Below, piece after piece: positions 1 through 6,725 of a stretch of DNA of 11,328 bases. Origin of the DNA: a bacterium (GTDB taxonomy: Bacteria > Zhuqueibacterota > Zhuqueibacteria > Oceanimicrobiales > Oceanimicrobiaceae); NCBI GenBank assembly GCA_046757025.1, contig JBHHXN010000166.1:1-11328 (forward strand), in the 5' to 3' direction. Every line of letters starts with the position of its first letter. The stretch's first letter is position 1. The translations under genes and the position numbers were made by a program. The notes below the pieces were generated by a model. That model was not told the origin of the DNA, did not search any database, and saw nothing but the letters and a program-made list of their open reading frames with translations.

Positions 1-57
1 TACCAGATTCAGATGGGACAATTTCAGGCGGTGAAAAAGATGGTGCTGTTGCAGTAG
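1..57 (+). CDS. 3' end of a T9SS-type/FlgD-Ig C-terminal-domain secreted protein (partial)
   Basis: Frame 1 reads YQIQMGQFQAVKKMVLLQ* (TAG 55-57). This matches the terminal YxIxxGxFxxxKKMxLL motif also seen at the ends of the 440..1852 and 8416..10590 proteins. Confidence 0.8.
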   Translation, partial: YQIQMGQFQAVKKMVLLQ

Positions 58-100
58 TTTTTAAGGTGAAGCGGTTAAGTGTTTTTGATTTTTTTCACCT

Positions 101-350
101 AACCCGGACGAGCTGGAACCCAAAAGAAATATGCACACGCAAAGACGCGGAGACGCCGAGCACACGCAAAGCGGGCCACCAGAAATTGGCATTAGTATTT
201 GGTTATTAATTTCTTGTGCGACAGAAATATTGAAGGAAAGTGCTCATGACTTCTTTTCTCTGCGCCATCTTGGCGTCTTGGCGTAAACTTTTATTTAAAA
301 TTATTTTGCCCTTAATCATTTTGCCTTTTGGGTTGCGGCTGCACCGGGTT
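101..350. mobile_element. MITE-like non-coding element with imperfect 26-bp terminal inverted repeats
   Basis: AACCCGGACGAGCTGGAACCCAAAAG (101-126) matches the reverse complement of CTTTTGGGTTGCGGCTGCACCGGGTT (325-350) at 21/26 positions. Internal complementary repeats: ACGCAAAGACGCGGAGACGCCGAG (~137-160) and CTTGGCGTCTTGGCGT (~269-284). No ORF inside. Confidence 0.55.
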
Positions 351-362
351 TAGATTTTTAAA

Positions 363-422
363 TGTAAAGTGCAAAAAGCAATTTTCAAAAGGTAAGCGTA
401 ATTTTGCATTTTGTACTTTACA
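363..422. terminator. AT-rich inverted repeat between convergent genes; possible bidirectional terminator or heptamer-type hairpin
   Basis: TGTAAAGTGCAAAAAGCA (363-380) matches the reverse complement of TGCATTTTGTACTTTACA (405-422) at 16/18 positions. It lies 17 nt beyond the stop of the minus-strand gene at 440. Confidence 0.5.
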
Positions 423-439
423 ATTTTCAATCGGCCGCG

Positions 440-1852
440 TCACTTCAGCATGATCATCTTGCGCGACTCCGAAAAATCGCCGGCTTGAATGCGGTACACG
501 TAAACGCCTGAAACCACTACTTCGCCGGCATCGTTTTGGCCATTCCAGGTGACGGTCTTTTGGCCTGCGGACTGCCGGGCATTTTTTAACAAGCTGCGCA
601 CCTGCCGGCCCAGCACATCATAAATGGTGATGGTGACGTTGCGGCTTTCGGACAGATCATACGCGATGGTGGTGCTCGGGTTAAACGGATTCGGGAAATT
701 CTGGTGCAGAGCAATGGCGGTCGGCAGCGAAGGTTCCGTGACGTTGTCCTCCACCGCGGTGACGATAGCGTCGATGTCCGCGATTTCCGGAGCATCCCAG
801 AACGCGCCCCAGGCAAACCACATGGCGTTGTATGCGGGGATTTGCTCTAACTTCGCTCCCTGTTCTGCCAGCGGACCCGAAATCGCTTCTCCCAAAATAT
901 TCCAGAAGGTGTTCGTTTCTCTATCTTTTATGCGAATAAAACCTGCTGACGTCACGCCATCCAGCTCAAAAGTTAAATTCTGACCGTTGTAATTGCGATA
1001 ATAACCCACGGCTAATTTCGCGCTTTTCACAAACAAAACCAGCACTTTGGTGCCGCCGACATCGTCGTTCAACACCGCGCGGTTGCCCATGGCTTCGAAC
1101 GGGTAAGCGCGGTTGATGTTGTTGAGATTTAAGCCAAACACCATATCTTTTTGCTCCAGCCGGTCATCGGTTTTTGTCAGCGGAAACAACAAAAAATTAT
1201 TGTTTACGCGATAATCGCCGTACGGGTAACGGGCATATTCCCGCTGGTAGCCGGTATCGTCGGATAAAACCAGGGTGTTGGGATGGAGTTTTTTCCAAGC
1301 ACCCCAGGTGGTTTCGATGATCGGCAGCAGAGTGAGTTTGTCGCCGTTTAATGGCAAATTATCGCCATCTCTGGTTCGGCCCAGGTAGCACATCTGGGGG
1401 ATTAAAGACGAGCGGTTTTGCCGATCGTACATGATCAGATTGTTGTTGTAAAGCAATCCAGAAACTCCGAAGGTGTGCTCTTCGCCGTTCAGGGTGGCGT
1501 CAAACAGCAGGCCGGTGCCGGTAAGCGGACAAAGACTGATGGTAAACATTTCCCCCCCAAGGGTGTCGTTGACAATCTCATGCCACCACAAAATCGGCTG
1601 CGGATAGGCCCGGGACACCCCGTTGCGATAAACCCCCAGCACCAGATTGTCATCTCGTAAATAATTGGCCTCTTCCGGGGTCACCAGTTTTGGGTTGGTT
1701 AAAGCGGGGATGCAATCGCGACCGCCAAAACAGCCGGACACCACGAAGTCACCTTGAACGGTACACTCCACCGTGACTTGTGCATATACTGGGTCATCAG
1801 GGACCACCCAAAACAGGGACAATATTATTATCAAAAGTGAAAATCTCTTCAT
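440..1852 (-). CDS. Secreted DUF3179-domain protein with C-terminal T9SS-type/FlgD-Ig domain
   Basis: Signal peptide MKRFSLLIIILSLFWVV. DUF3179 motifs GGRDCIPALTNP, RAYPQPILWWHEIVND, CPLTGTG, FGVSGLLYNNNLIMYDR, TTWGAWKKLHPNT and WFAW. C-terminal QNFPNPFNPSTTI...RKMIMLK. Start moved to the ATG at 1852 because GGAGG lies 8 nt upstream. Confidence 0.88.
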   Translation of the reverse strand: MKRFSLLIIILSLFWVVPDDPVYAQVTVECTVQGDFVVSGCFGGRDCIPALTNPKLVTPEEANYLRDDNLVLGVYRNGVSRAYPQPILWWHEIVNDTLGGEMFTISLCPLTGTGLLFDATLNGEEHTFGVSGLLYNNNLIMYDRQNRSSLIPQMCYLGRTRDGDNLPLNGDKLTLLPIIETTWGAWKKLHPNTLVLSDDTGYQREYARYPYGDYRVNNNFLLFPLTKTDDRLEQKDMVFGLNLNNINRAYPFEAMGNRAVLNDDVGGTKVLVLFVKSAKLAVGYYRNYNGQNLTFELDGVTSAGFIRIKDRETNTFWNILGEAISGPLAEQGAKLEQIPAYNAMWFAWGAFWDAPEIADIDAIVTAVEDNVTEPSLPTAIALHQNFPNPFNPSTTIAYDLSESRNVTITIYDVLGRQVRSLLKNARQSAGQKTVTWNGQNDAGEVVVSGVYVYRIQAGDFSESRKMIMLK

Positions 1853-2328
1853 GGCTTTTTCCTCCATTTGCAATTACACATTGGGAAACAAAGACGGTGG
1901 GAGGAATATTCCGTGTGCGGTGAAAATGTCTTGTCCTTTGTCCTTAGTCGCTGGTCCTTTGTGTGTGGAGGTGAACCGATGGAATTCAGGTAAGCATTGA
2001 GTCGGGGTGCCAGCTCATCGATAATGACCTTGAGGGTTTTAATTTGAGCTTCGGTTAACAGATTTCGGTTGTACGCTCTACGCAGCCAGTGTTTGGTTTC
2101 GTTCAAGGAGCCCCTGGCTATTTTGACAAATCTCTGATTTTCTTTGAAACTTTGCCGACCGGTGCCTTCCGCAATGTTAGCTCCAATGCTGTCTGTCGCC
2201 CGCACCATCTGCATGCCAACCAAGTACCTCGCGAAGTGAGACCATTTAATGACAACCCTCCACACTTCGTCGGCAAGATTTTCAGCCAATTGATAAACTT
2301 CTAACTGCTCAAAACCGCGGGTACCCAT
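1849..2328 (-). CDS. Four helix bundle protein (23S rRNA intervening-sequence protein family), downstream copy with extended C-terminus
   Basis: Family motifs FEQLEVYQLA, QMVRATDSIGANIAEGTGR and RFVKIARGSLNETKHWL. RBS GGGAGG upstream of the ATG. Lacks the TGA of the other copy and reads 27 residues further. Confidence 0.85.
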   Translation of the reverse strand: MGTRGFEQLEVYQLAENLADEVWRVVIKWSHFARYLVGMQMVRATDSIGANIAEGTGRQSFKENQRFVKIARGSLNETKHWLRRAYNRNLLTEAQIKTLKVIIDELAPRLNAYLNSIGSPPHTKDQRLRTKDKTFSPHTEYSSHRLCFPMCNCKWRKKP

Positions 2329-2938
2329 GATATGATTCCTCCCGTGTACAGACCAAAGACAGGGGATAAAAAGCGATCAAATTTACTTTGTTCTCTGTCC
2401 TTAGTCCTTTGTTTGTACTTCCTGCAACATCGACTTTTCCCCTGAGCAAAACCCAGTTCCAAATGACAAGGGACAAAGAACAAGGGACATCTGAAAATCA
2501 GTCCTTTGTCCTTAGTCGCTGGTCCTTTGTGTGTGGAGGTGAACCGATGGAATTCAGGTAAGCATTGAGTCGGGGTGCCAGCTCATCGATAATGACCTTG
2601 AGGGTTTTAATTTGAGCTTCGGTTAACAGATTTCGGTTGTACGCTCTACGCAGCCAGTGTTTGGTTTCGTTCAAGGAGCCCCTGGCTATTTTGACAAATC
2701 TCTGATTTTCTTTGAAACTTTGCCGACCGGTGCCTTCCGCAATGTTAGCTCCAATGCTGTCTGTCGCCCGCACCATCTGCATGCCAACCAAGTACCTCGC
2801 GAAGTGAGACCATTTAATGACAACCCTCCACACTTCGTCGGCAAGATTTTCAGCCAATTGATAAACTTCTAACTGCTCAAAACCGCGGGTACCCATGATA
2901 TGATTCCTCCCGTGTACAGACCAAAGACAGGGGATAAA
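1933..2938. repeat. Direct repeat of 438 bp (1933-2370 and 2501-2938) separated by a 130-bp spacer
   Basis: Manual comparison at offset 568 found no mismatch. Each copy holds the RBS, the coding region and parts of the flanking heptamer arrays. Confidence 0.95.
2498..2896 (-). CDS. Four helix bundle protein (23S rRNA intervening-sequence protein family), upstream copy, 132 aa
   Basis: Same protein as 1849..2328 up to ...RLRTKD, then TGA at 2498-2500. Likely start is the ATG at 2896 with a GGGAGG RBS; the ORF-track extension to 3004 is translated heptamer repeat. Confidence 0.9.
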   Translation of the reverse strand: MGTRGFEQLEVYQLAENLADEVWRVVIKWSHFARYLVGMQMVRATDSIGANIAEGTGRQSFKENQRFVKIARGSLNETKHWLRRAYNRNLLTEAQIKTLKVIIDELAPRLNAYLNSIGSPPHTKDQRLRTKD

Positions 2939-2998
2939 GGACAAAGGACAAAGGACAAAGGACAAAGGACAAATAACCAATAACCAATAACCAATACC
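2915..2998. repeat. Composite heptamer tandem repeat: three degenerate units, (AAAGGAC)x5 at 2936-2970, (AATAACC)x3 at 2972-2992
   Basis: Read directly from the sequence. AAAGGAC is the reverse complement of the GTCCTTT-type units at 1933-1960, 2383-2410 and 2501-2528. Confidence 0.95.
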
Positions 2999-3036
2999 GC
3001 CCAACCCCTTACACCCGCACTACCTTATCAACAAAT

Positions 3037-4353
3037 TCACTTTGTAGTTGCCGCCTCCGCATCATTCAAATAATCGATCGCTAATTGGCACAGGGCTTTC
3101 ACGCCCAGCTTTAAGCCGCTCTCGTCGATGTAAAAATCCGGCGTGTGGTGCGGCGCCGCGTCCGATTCTTTCATGCCTTTGGGCATACCGCCCAGAAAGA
3201 AGAAAAAACCCGGAATTTCTTTCTGGTAAAATGAAAAGTCTTCAGCGCCGGTGATGGCTTTTCTCAAAATGACGTTTTCCTTGCCGGCCGCTTTTTGCAG
3301 CGAGGGCAGCATCTTCGCGGTTAAATCGGGATCGTTGTAGGTCACGGGTACCCCGATGTTGATTTCCACTTCCGCCACCGCGCCGGCGCTTTCGGCGATT
3401 TTAGTGGCGGTCAATCGGATCTTCTGGTGGATTTTCTCCTGCATTTCCACATTCAACGTACGGATGGTGCCGATCATCTGCACTTCTTCGGGAATGATGT
3501 TGTTGCGCACACCGCCGTGAATCATGCCCACGGTGATCACTGCGGCGCCTTCGGTCAATTCTGTCTGCCGGCTGATGATGGTCTGCAAGCCGTTGATGAT
3601 CTGCGCGGCCACCACGATGGGATCCACGCCCGTCCAGGGGGTGGAGCCGTGCGTCTGCCTGCCTTTCACCCTGATTTGAAATCGGTCTGCCGCAGCCAGC
3701 GTTCCGCCCGGTCGATATTTAATCTTACCCACTTCCGTGCGTGAATTGATGTGCAAGCCGAAGATGACCTCGGCGTCGGGATTTTTCAACGCCCCTTCCT
3801 TCACCATCAACCGGGCGCCGCCCTCTTCGCCTTTGGGCGCGCCTTCTTCTGCGGGCTGAAAAACGAATTTGACCGTGCCAGGCAAATCGTCTTTCATTGT
3901 AGAAAGGACTTCCGCCACGCCCATCAAAATAGCCACGTGGGTGTCGTGACCGCAGGCGTGCATCACGCCCACTTCCTGGCCGTTGTAGGTGGATTTAACT
4001 TTTGACGCAAACGGCACGTCCACCCGTTCAACCACGGGCAAGCCGTCCATGTCTGCACGCAAAGCCACCACCGGGCCGGGTTTGCCGCCGCGCAGATGCC
4101 CCACCACACCGGTCACCGCCACGCCGGTGCGCACTTCCAGGCCCAGCGCTTTGAGATGTTCCGCCACTTTTTGGGCGGTGTTGAATTCCCGGTTGGACAG
4201 CTCCGGGTGCTCATGAAAATTTCTGCGCCATTCGATCACCCGGGCTTCCACGTCCTCCACCAATTTATCTAAATTGAACGCCGGTTCTTTGGGTAGTCCG
4301 GTAGATTGAAAAGCGACAAACGAAATCAACAATAGAAAAACGAATCTTTTCAT
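3037..4353 (-). CDS. M20 family amidohydrolase (Acy1-like / M20D), with predicted signal peptide
   Basis: Motifs RRNFHEHPELSNRE, VALRADMDGLP, MHACGHDTH, FQPAEEG, GAEDFSFY and HHTPDF. Start placed at ATG 4353 (MKRFVFLLLISF), with GAGGT 7 nt upstream. Confidence 0.92.
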   Translation of the reverse strand: MKRFVFLLLISFVAFQSTGLPKEPAFNLDKLVEDVEARVIEWRRNFHEHPELSNREFNTAQKVAEHLKALGLEVRTGVAVTGVVGHLRGGKPGPVVALRADMDGLPVVERVDVPFASKVKSTYNGQEVGVMHACGHDTHVAILMGVAEVLSTMKDDLPGTVKFVFQPAEEGAPKGEEGGARLMVKEGALKNPDAEVIFGLHINSRTEVGKIKYRPGGTLAAADRFQIRVKGRQTHGSTPWTGVDPIVVAAQIINGLQTIISRQTELTEGAAVITVGMIHGGVRNNIIPEEVQMIGTIRTLNVEMQEKIHQKIRLTATKIAESAGAVAEVEINIGVPVTYNDPDLTAKMLPSLQKAAGKENVILRKAITGAEDFSFYQKEIPGFFFFLGGMPKGMKESDAAPHHTPDFYIDESGLKLGVKALCQLAIDYLNDAEAATTK

Positions 4354-4413
4354 GACCATTACCTCATTTTTGGATTTTTGAATTAGGAGAGATTGTGACA
4401 CTGAATTGCCTTC

Positions 4414-4442
4414 ATTATATTAAACCCTTTTTTCAAATTCAA
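4414..4442 (-). promoter_or_regulatory. Putative sigma70 promoter for the M20 amidohydrolase
   Basis: Minus strand reads TTGAAT (4442-4437), 17-nt spacer, TATAAT (4419-4414). Confidence 0.6.
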
Positions 4443-4572
4443 GTAGAAAGTTGAAAATGGGTTCGGTAATGATCGTCTGAAAGAAAAACTTACTCCAGCA
4501 AAGTTCGCAACCGGGTTTTGGGCACCAATCCAACAGACACGAATCCGTAAATTCTCTATCAAAAACCCATTC

Positions 4573-4600
4573 TTGACAAAATGAAAAATAAATGTATCTT
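4573..4600 (+). promoter_or_regulatory. Putative sigma70 promoter for the GH13 gene
   Basis: TTGACA (4573-4578), 16-nt spacer, TATCTT (4595-4600), in the divergent intergenic region. Confidence 0.55.
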
Positions 4601-4669
4601 AAAGGTAAACCGGCTTTTTCATTGCCCAGGCTCTGAACAGAGGCTCATGCATCTTGTTCGAGAACAAGT

Positions 4670-4724
4670 AAATTCGAAATTGGCAAATAAAGAATGGAAG
4701 ATAGAGAATGGAGAATAGAGGGCA
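4670..4724 (+). repeat. Degenerate purine-rich heptamer array overlapping the GH13 start
   Basis: AAATTCG AAATTGG (4670-4683), then AAGAATG GAAGATA GAGAATG GAGAATA GAGGGCA (4690-4724). Confidence 0.6.
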
Positions 4725-6219
4725 GATTGTCGTTCTTTTATTGATTGTCTGCATCGCCGGTGCCTGCCGCCATCAAATACCCCTCGAGAAGACGAGACGG
4801 GAGAAATTTAATCGCTTGCGCATCTACCAGATCATGGTGGAAGCTTTCGTCGATGGCGATCCTCTTCGCAATTACGAAGTCGGCTACGGCACCAGCCACC
4901 ACCGCGGCGACTTGAAAGGCGTGACTAAAGCGCTGCCCTACATCAAAAGTCTGGGCATGAACGCGATCTGGCTGACGCCGATTTTCGATTCCGAGAAAGG
5001 CCACGGCAACGACCCCAAATTGGACGCCACCGGTTATTTCACCCGCAACTACTTCCAAATCGACCCCAATTTTGGCACATTAACGGACGCCAAAGAAATG
5101 GTGAACACAGCGCACAAGCTGGGATTGTACGTTTTTCTGGACGGCGTGTTTGAACACCACAAAGGCGAAGTCAGGCCTTCACCCAAAGGCCGCCTGCCCG
5201 TGGGGCCAAAGAATGCGGTGCAATATCCAGAAAGCCTGGAGTTCTACAAAGAAGTGGCCACCTACTGGATCGACGAACTGGAAATCGACGGTTGGCGGCT
5301 GGATCAGGCGTATCGGGTGCCAATCGAATCGTGGCAGGAAATCAGACAGGCGGTGGAGCGCCAATGCCGGCAGCGCAGACAGGCGGGGAAAAAATGGGGC
5401 ACCCTGGGCTACATGGTGGCAGAGATCTGGTCCACCGCGGAAAAGATCACCAGTAGCGGTTATGGCAGCGATGAGCAGCCCGGCCTGTTTTCGGCATTCG
5501 ATTTTCCACTACGCTACAATTTAGTACAGGTTTTGGCGGTAGAAGAAAAAGGCTTCGGACATCAGCCCGCGTCGGTTCTGAATGACGGCTTCAAAACGCA
5601 TGAACTCTACCCGGTGCACGCCAGTCCCAACCTGATGCTGTCCAATCACGATCTGGTACGTTTCGGCGACCTGATTCAGCGGGCAGGCTATCCGGGCAAT
5701 GAGCATCCCCATTACTGGCAACGGCATAAAGCCGCCTTCAGCTTTCTGGCTGCGTACACTGGCCCCATCACCGTTTATTATGGCGACGAAATCGGCGCCG
5801 AAGTTCCCGGCTTCACAGCTAAAGTCGAAGAAAAATGCTGGGAAATCGGTCTGTGCGACGACCACGTTTCCCGCATCAGTGGCAAAATCGCCGGTTTCGA
5901 TTCCCGCGAATTAGACTTGCAGAATTATGTAAAAGCGTTGATGCAGCTTCGTGAAGAGTATCCGGCGCTCTGGAACGGCGCCCGACAAAATATCCGTGCT
6001 GACCAGACACTTTACGCAGACATCAAAACCTATCAGAACGAGCAAATACTCTACCTGCTCAACACTGCCACGCACGCTGACACGGTGGTGATTTCACAAA
6101 AAATAGTCGGCGGCCAACGATTGGAAAATATTTTATCCAAACAGGTTTATTTTATCGAGGACGGAAAATTTACCCTTCACGTCGAGGGCTTAACCGGTAT
6201 TTTTTTAAAAATCGAATAG
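4708..6219 (+). CDS. Alpha-amylase family glycosyl hydrolase (GH13), predicted lipoprotein
   Basis: GDLKGV..ALPYIKSLGMNAIWLTPIF, IDPNFGT, DGVFEHH (region I), DGWRLDQAY (nucleophile Asp), VAEIW (acid/base Glu), NHD (region IV) and YYGDEIG. N-terminal hydrophobic stretch ends in lipobox-like AGAC. Confidence 0.92.
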   Translation: MENRGQIVVLLLIVCIAGACRHQIPLEKTRREKFNRLRIYQIMVEAFVDGDPLRNYEVGYGTSHHRGDLKGVTKALPYIKSLGMNAIWLTPIFDSEKGHGNDPKLDATGYFTRNYFQIDPNFGTLTDAKEMVNTAHKLGLYVFLDGVFEHHKGEVRPSPKGRLPVGPKNAVQYPESLEFYKEVATYWIDELEIDGWRLDQAYRVPIESWQEIRQAVERQCRQRRQAGKKWGTLGYMVAEIWSTAEKITSSGYGSDEQPGLFSAFDFPLRYNLVQVLAVEEKGFGHQPASVLNDGFKTHELYPVHASPNLMLSNHDLVRFGDLIQRAGYPGNEHPHYWQRHKAAFSFLAAYTGPITVYYGDEIGAEVPGFTAKVEEKCWEIGLCDDHVSRISGKIAGFDSRELDLQNYVKALMQLREEYPALWNGARQNIRADQTLYADIKTYQNEQILYLLNTATHADTVVISQKIVGGQRLENILSKQVYFIEDGKFTLHVEGLTGIFLKIE

Positions 6220-6236
6220 CGCAGAAAGGATAAATT

Positions 6237-6614
6237 ATGAAACCGATTTTGATCGTGGGCTCCACCATCGTAACACTGGCGCTCATTTCCTATTCCATTG
6301 CCATTTTCACCGAACAAAAGCAGGTGCGAATTTCCAGGCGTGTGTTGCTGTTTTTAACCACTGGCATCACGTTAGACGTCACCGCCACCGTCTGCATGAT
6401 CATCGGTTCGGAGAACACGCCGTTCACCTTGCACGGCATATTGGGCTACTCTTCCTTAACCGCTATGCTCGTCGATACCTTGCTGATCTGGCGAGAACGT
6501 CTGCAAAATGGCGTCAACGCGGCGGTACCCAGACGCTTGCACCTGTATTCAAGAGCTGCGTATATGTGGTGGGTGTTTGCATACATAACAGGCGCGTATC
6601 TGGCAATGACGTGA
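6237..6614 (+). CDS. Small 4-TM membrane protein resembling the HsmA (TIGR03987) family
   Basis: Four hydrophobic segments. Pattern ALxxYSIA..E, GxxxDxxxTxxM, HGxxGxxxLxxM and HxYS...WW..Y.xG recalls the HsmA family. AAGGA RBS; 17 nt after the GH13 stop. Confidence 0.6.
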   Translation: MKPILIVGSTIVTLALISYSIAIFTEQKQVRISRRVLLFLTTGITLDVTATVCMIIGSENTPFTLHGILGYSSLTAMLVDTLLIWRERLQNGVNAAVPRRLHLYSRAAYMWWVFAYITGAYLAMT

Positions 6615-6660
6615 TGTTAGTTTTACCCATTTCTGAAAAGGAAACAGCGGATAAATTCAC

Positions 6661-6689
6661 TTGCACTTGAGAAAGGTTGACCTTACATT
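6661..6689 (+). promoter_or_regulatory. Putative sigma70 promoter for the exonuclease gene
   Basis: TTGCAC (6661-6666), 17-nt spacer, TACATT (6684-6689). Confidence 0.4.
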
Positions 6690-6725
6690 GTCATCATGAA
6701 AATGAGCCAAGAAAATGGTTAAAGG

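Noticed and set aside
64..100. AGGTGAA...TTCACCT inverted repeat as terminator of the partial CDS
   Set aside because: Only a 7-bp stem with a 23-nt loop and no following U-tract.
1899..1907. GGGAGGAAT complementary to the four-helix-bundle RBS region (ATTCCTCCC at 2335-2343 and 2903-2911)
   Set aside because: A 9-bp match could be chance and there is no further support.
2301..2483. 60-aa minus-strand ORF in the spacer
   Set aside because: Largely translated heptamer repeats, overlaps the real gene start out of frame, and shows no recognisable motif.
1849..2998. Diversity-generating retroelement (Avd-like genes plus repeated sequence)
   Set aside because: No reverse transcriptase in the window, and the two copies show no adenine-specific mismatches as a TR/VR pair would.
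1849..2998. True 23S rRNA intervening sequence
   Set aside because: The flanks are protein-coding genes and no rRNA sequence is present.
2915..2998. CRISPR array
   Set aside because: Contiguous 7-mers without spacers, and no cas genes.
2897..3004. N-terminal extension MGGIGYWLLVICPLSFVLCPLSF... of the ORF-track call 2498..3004, resembling a signal peptide
   Set aside because: It is the translation of the heptamer arrays. The RBS-supported ATG is at 2896 and the other copy lacks the extension.
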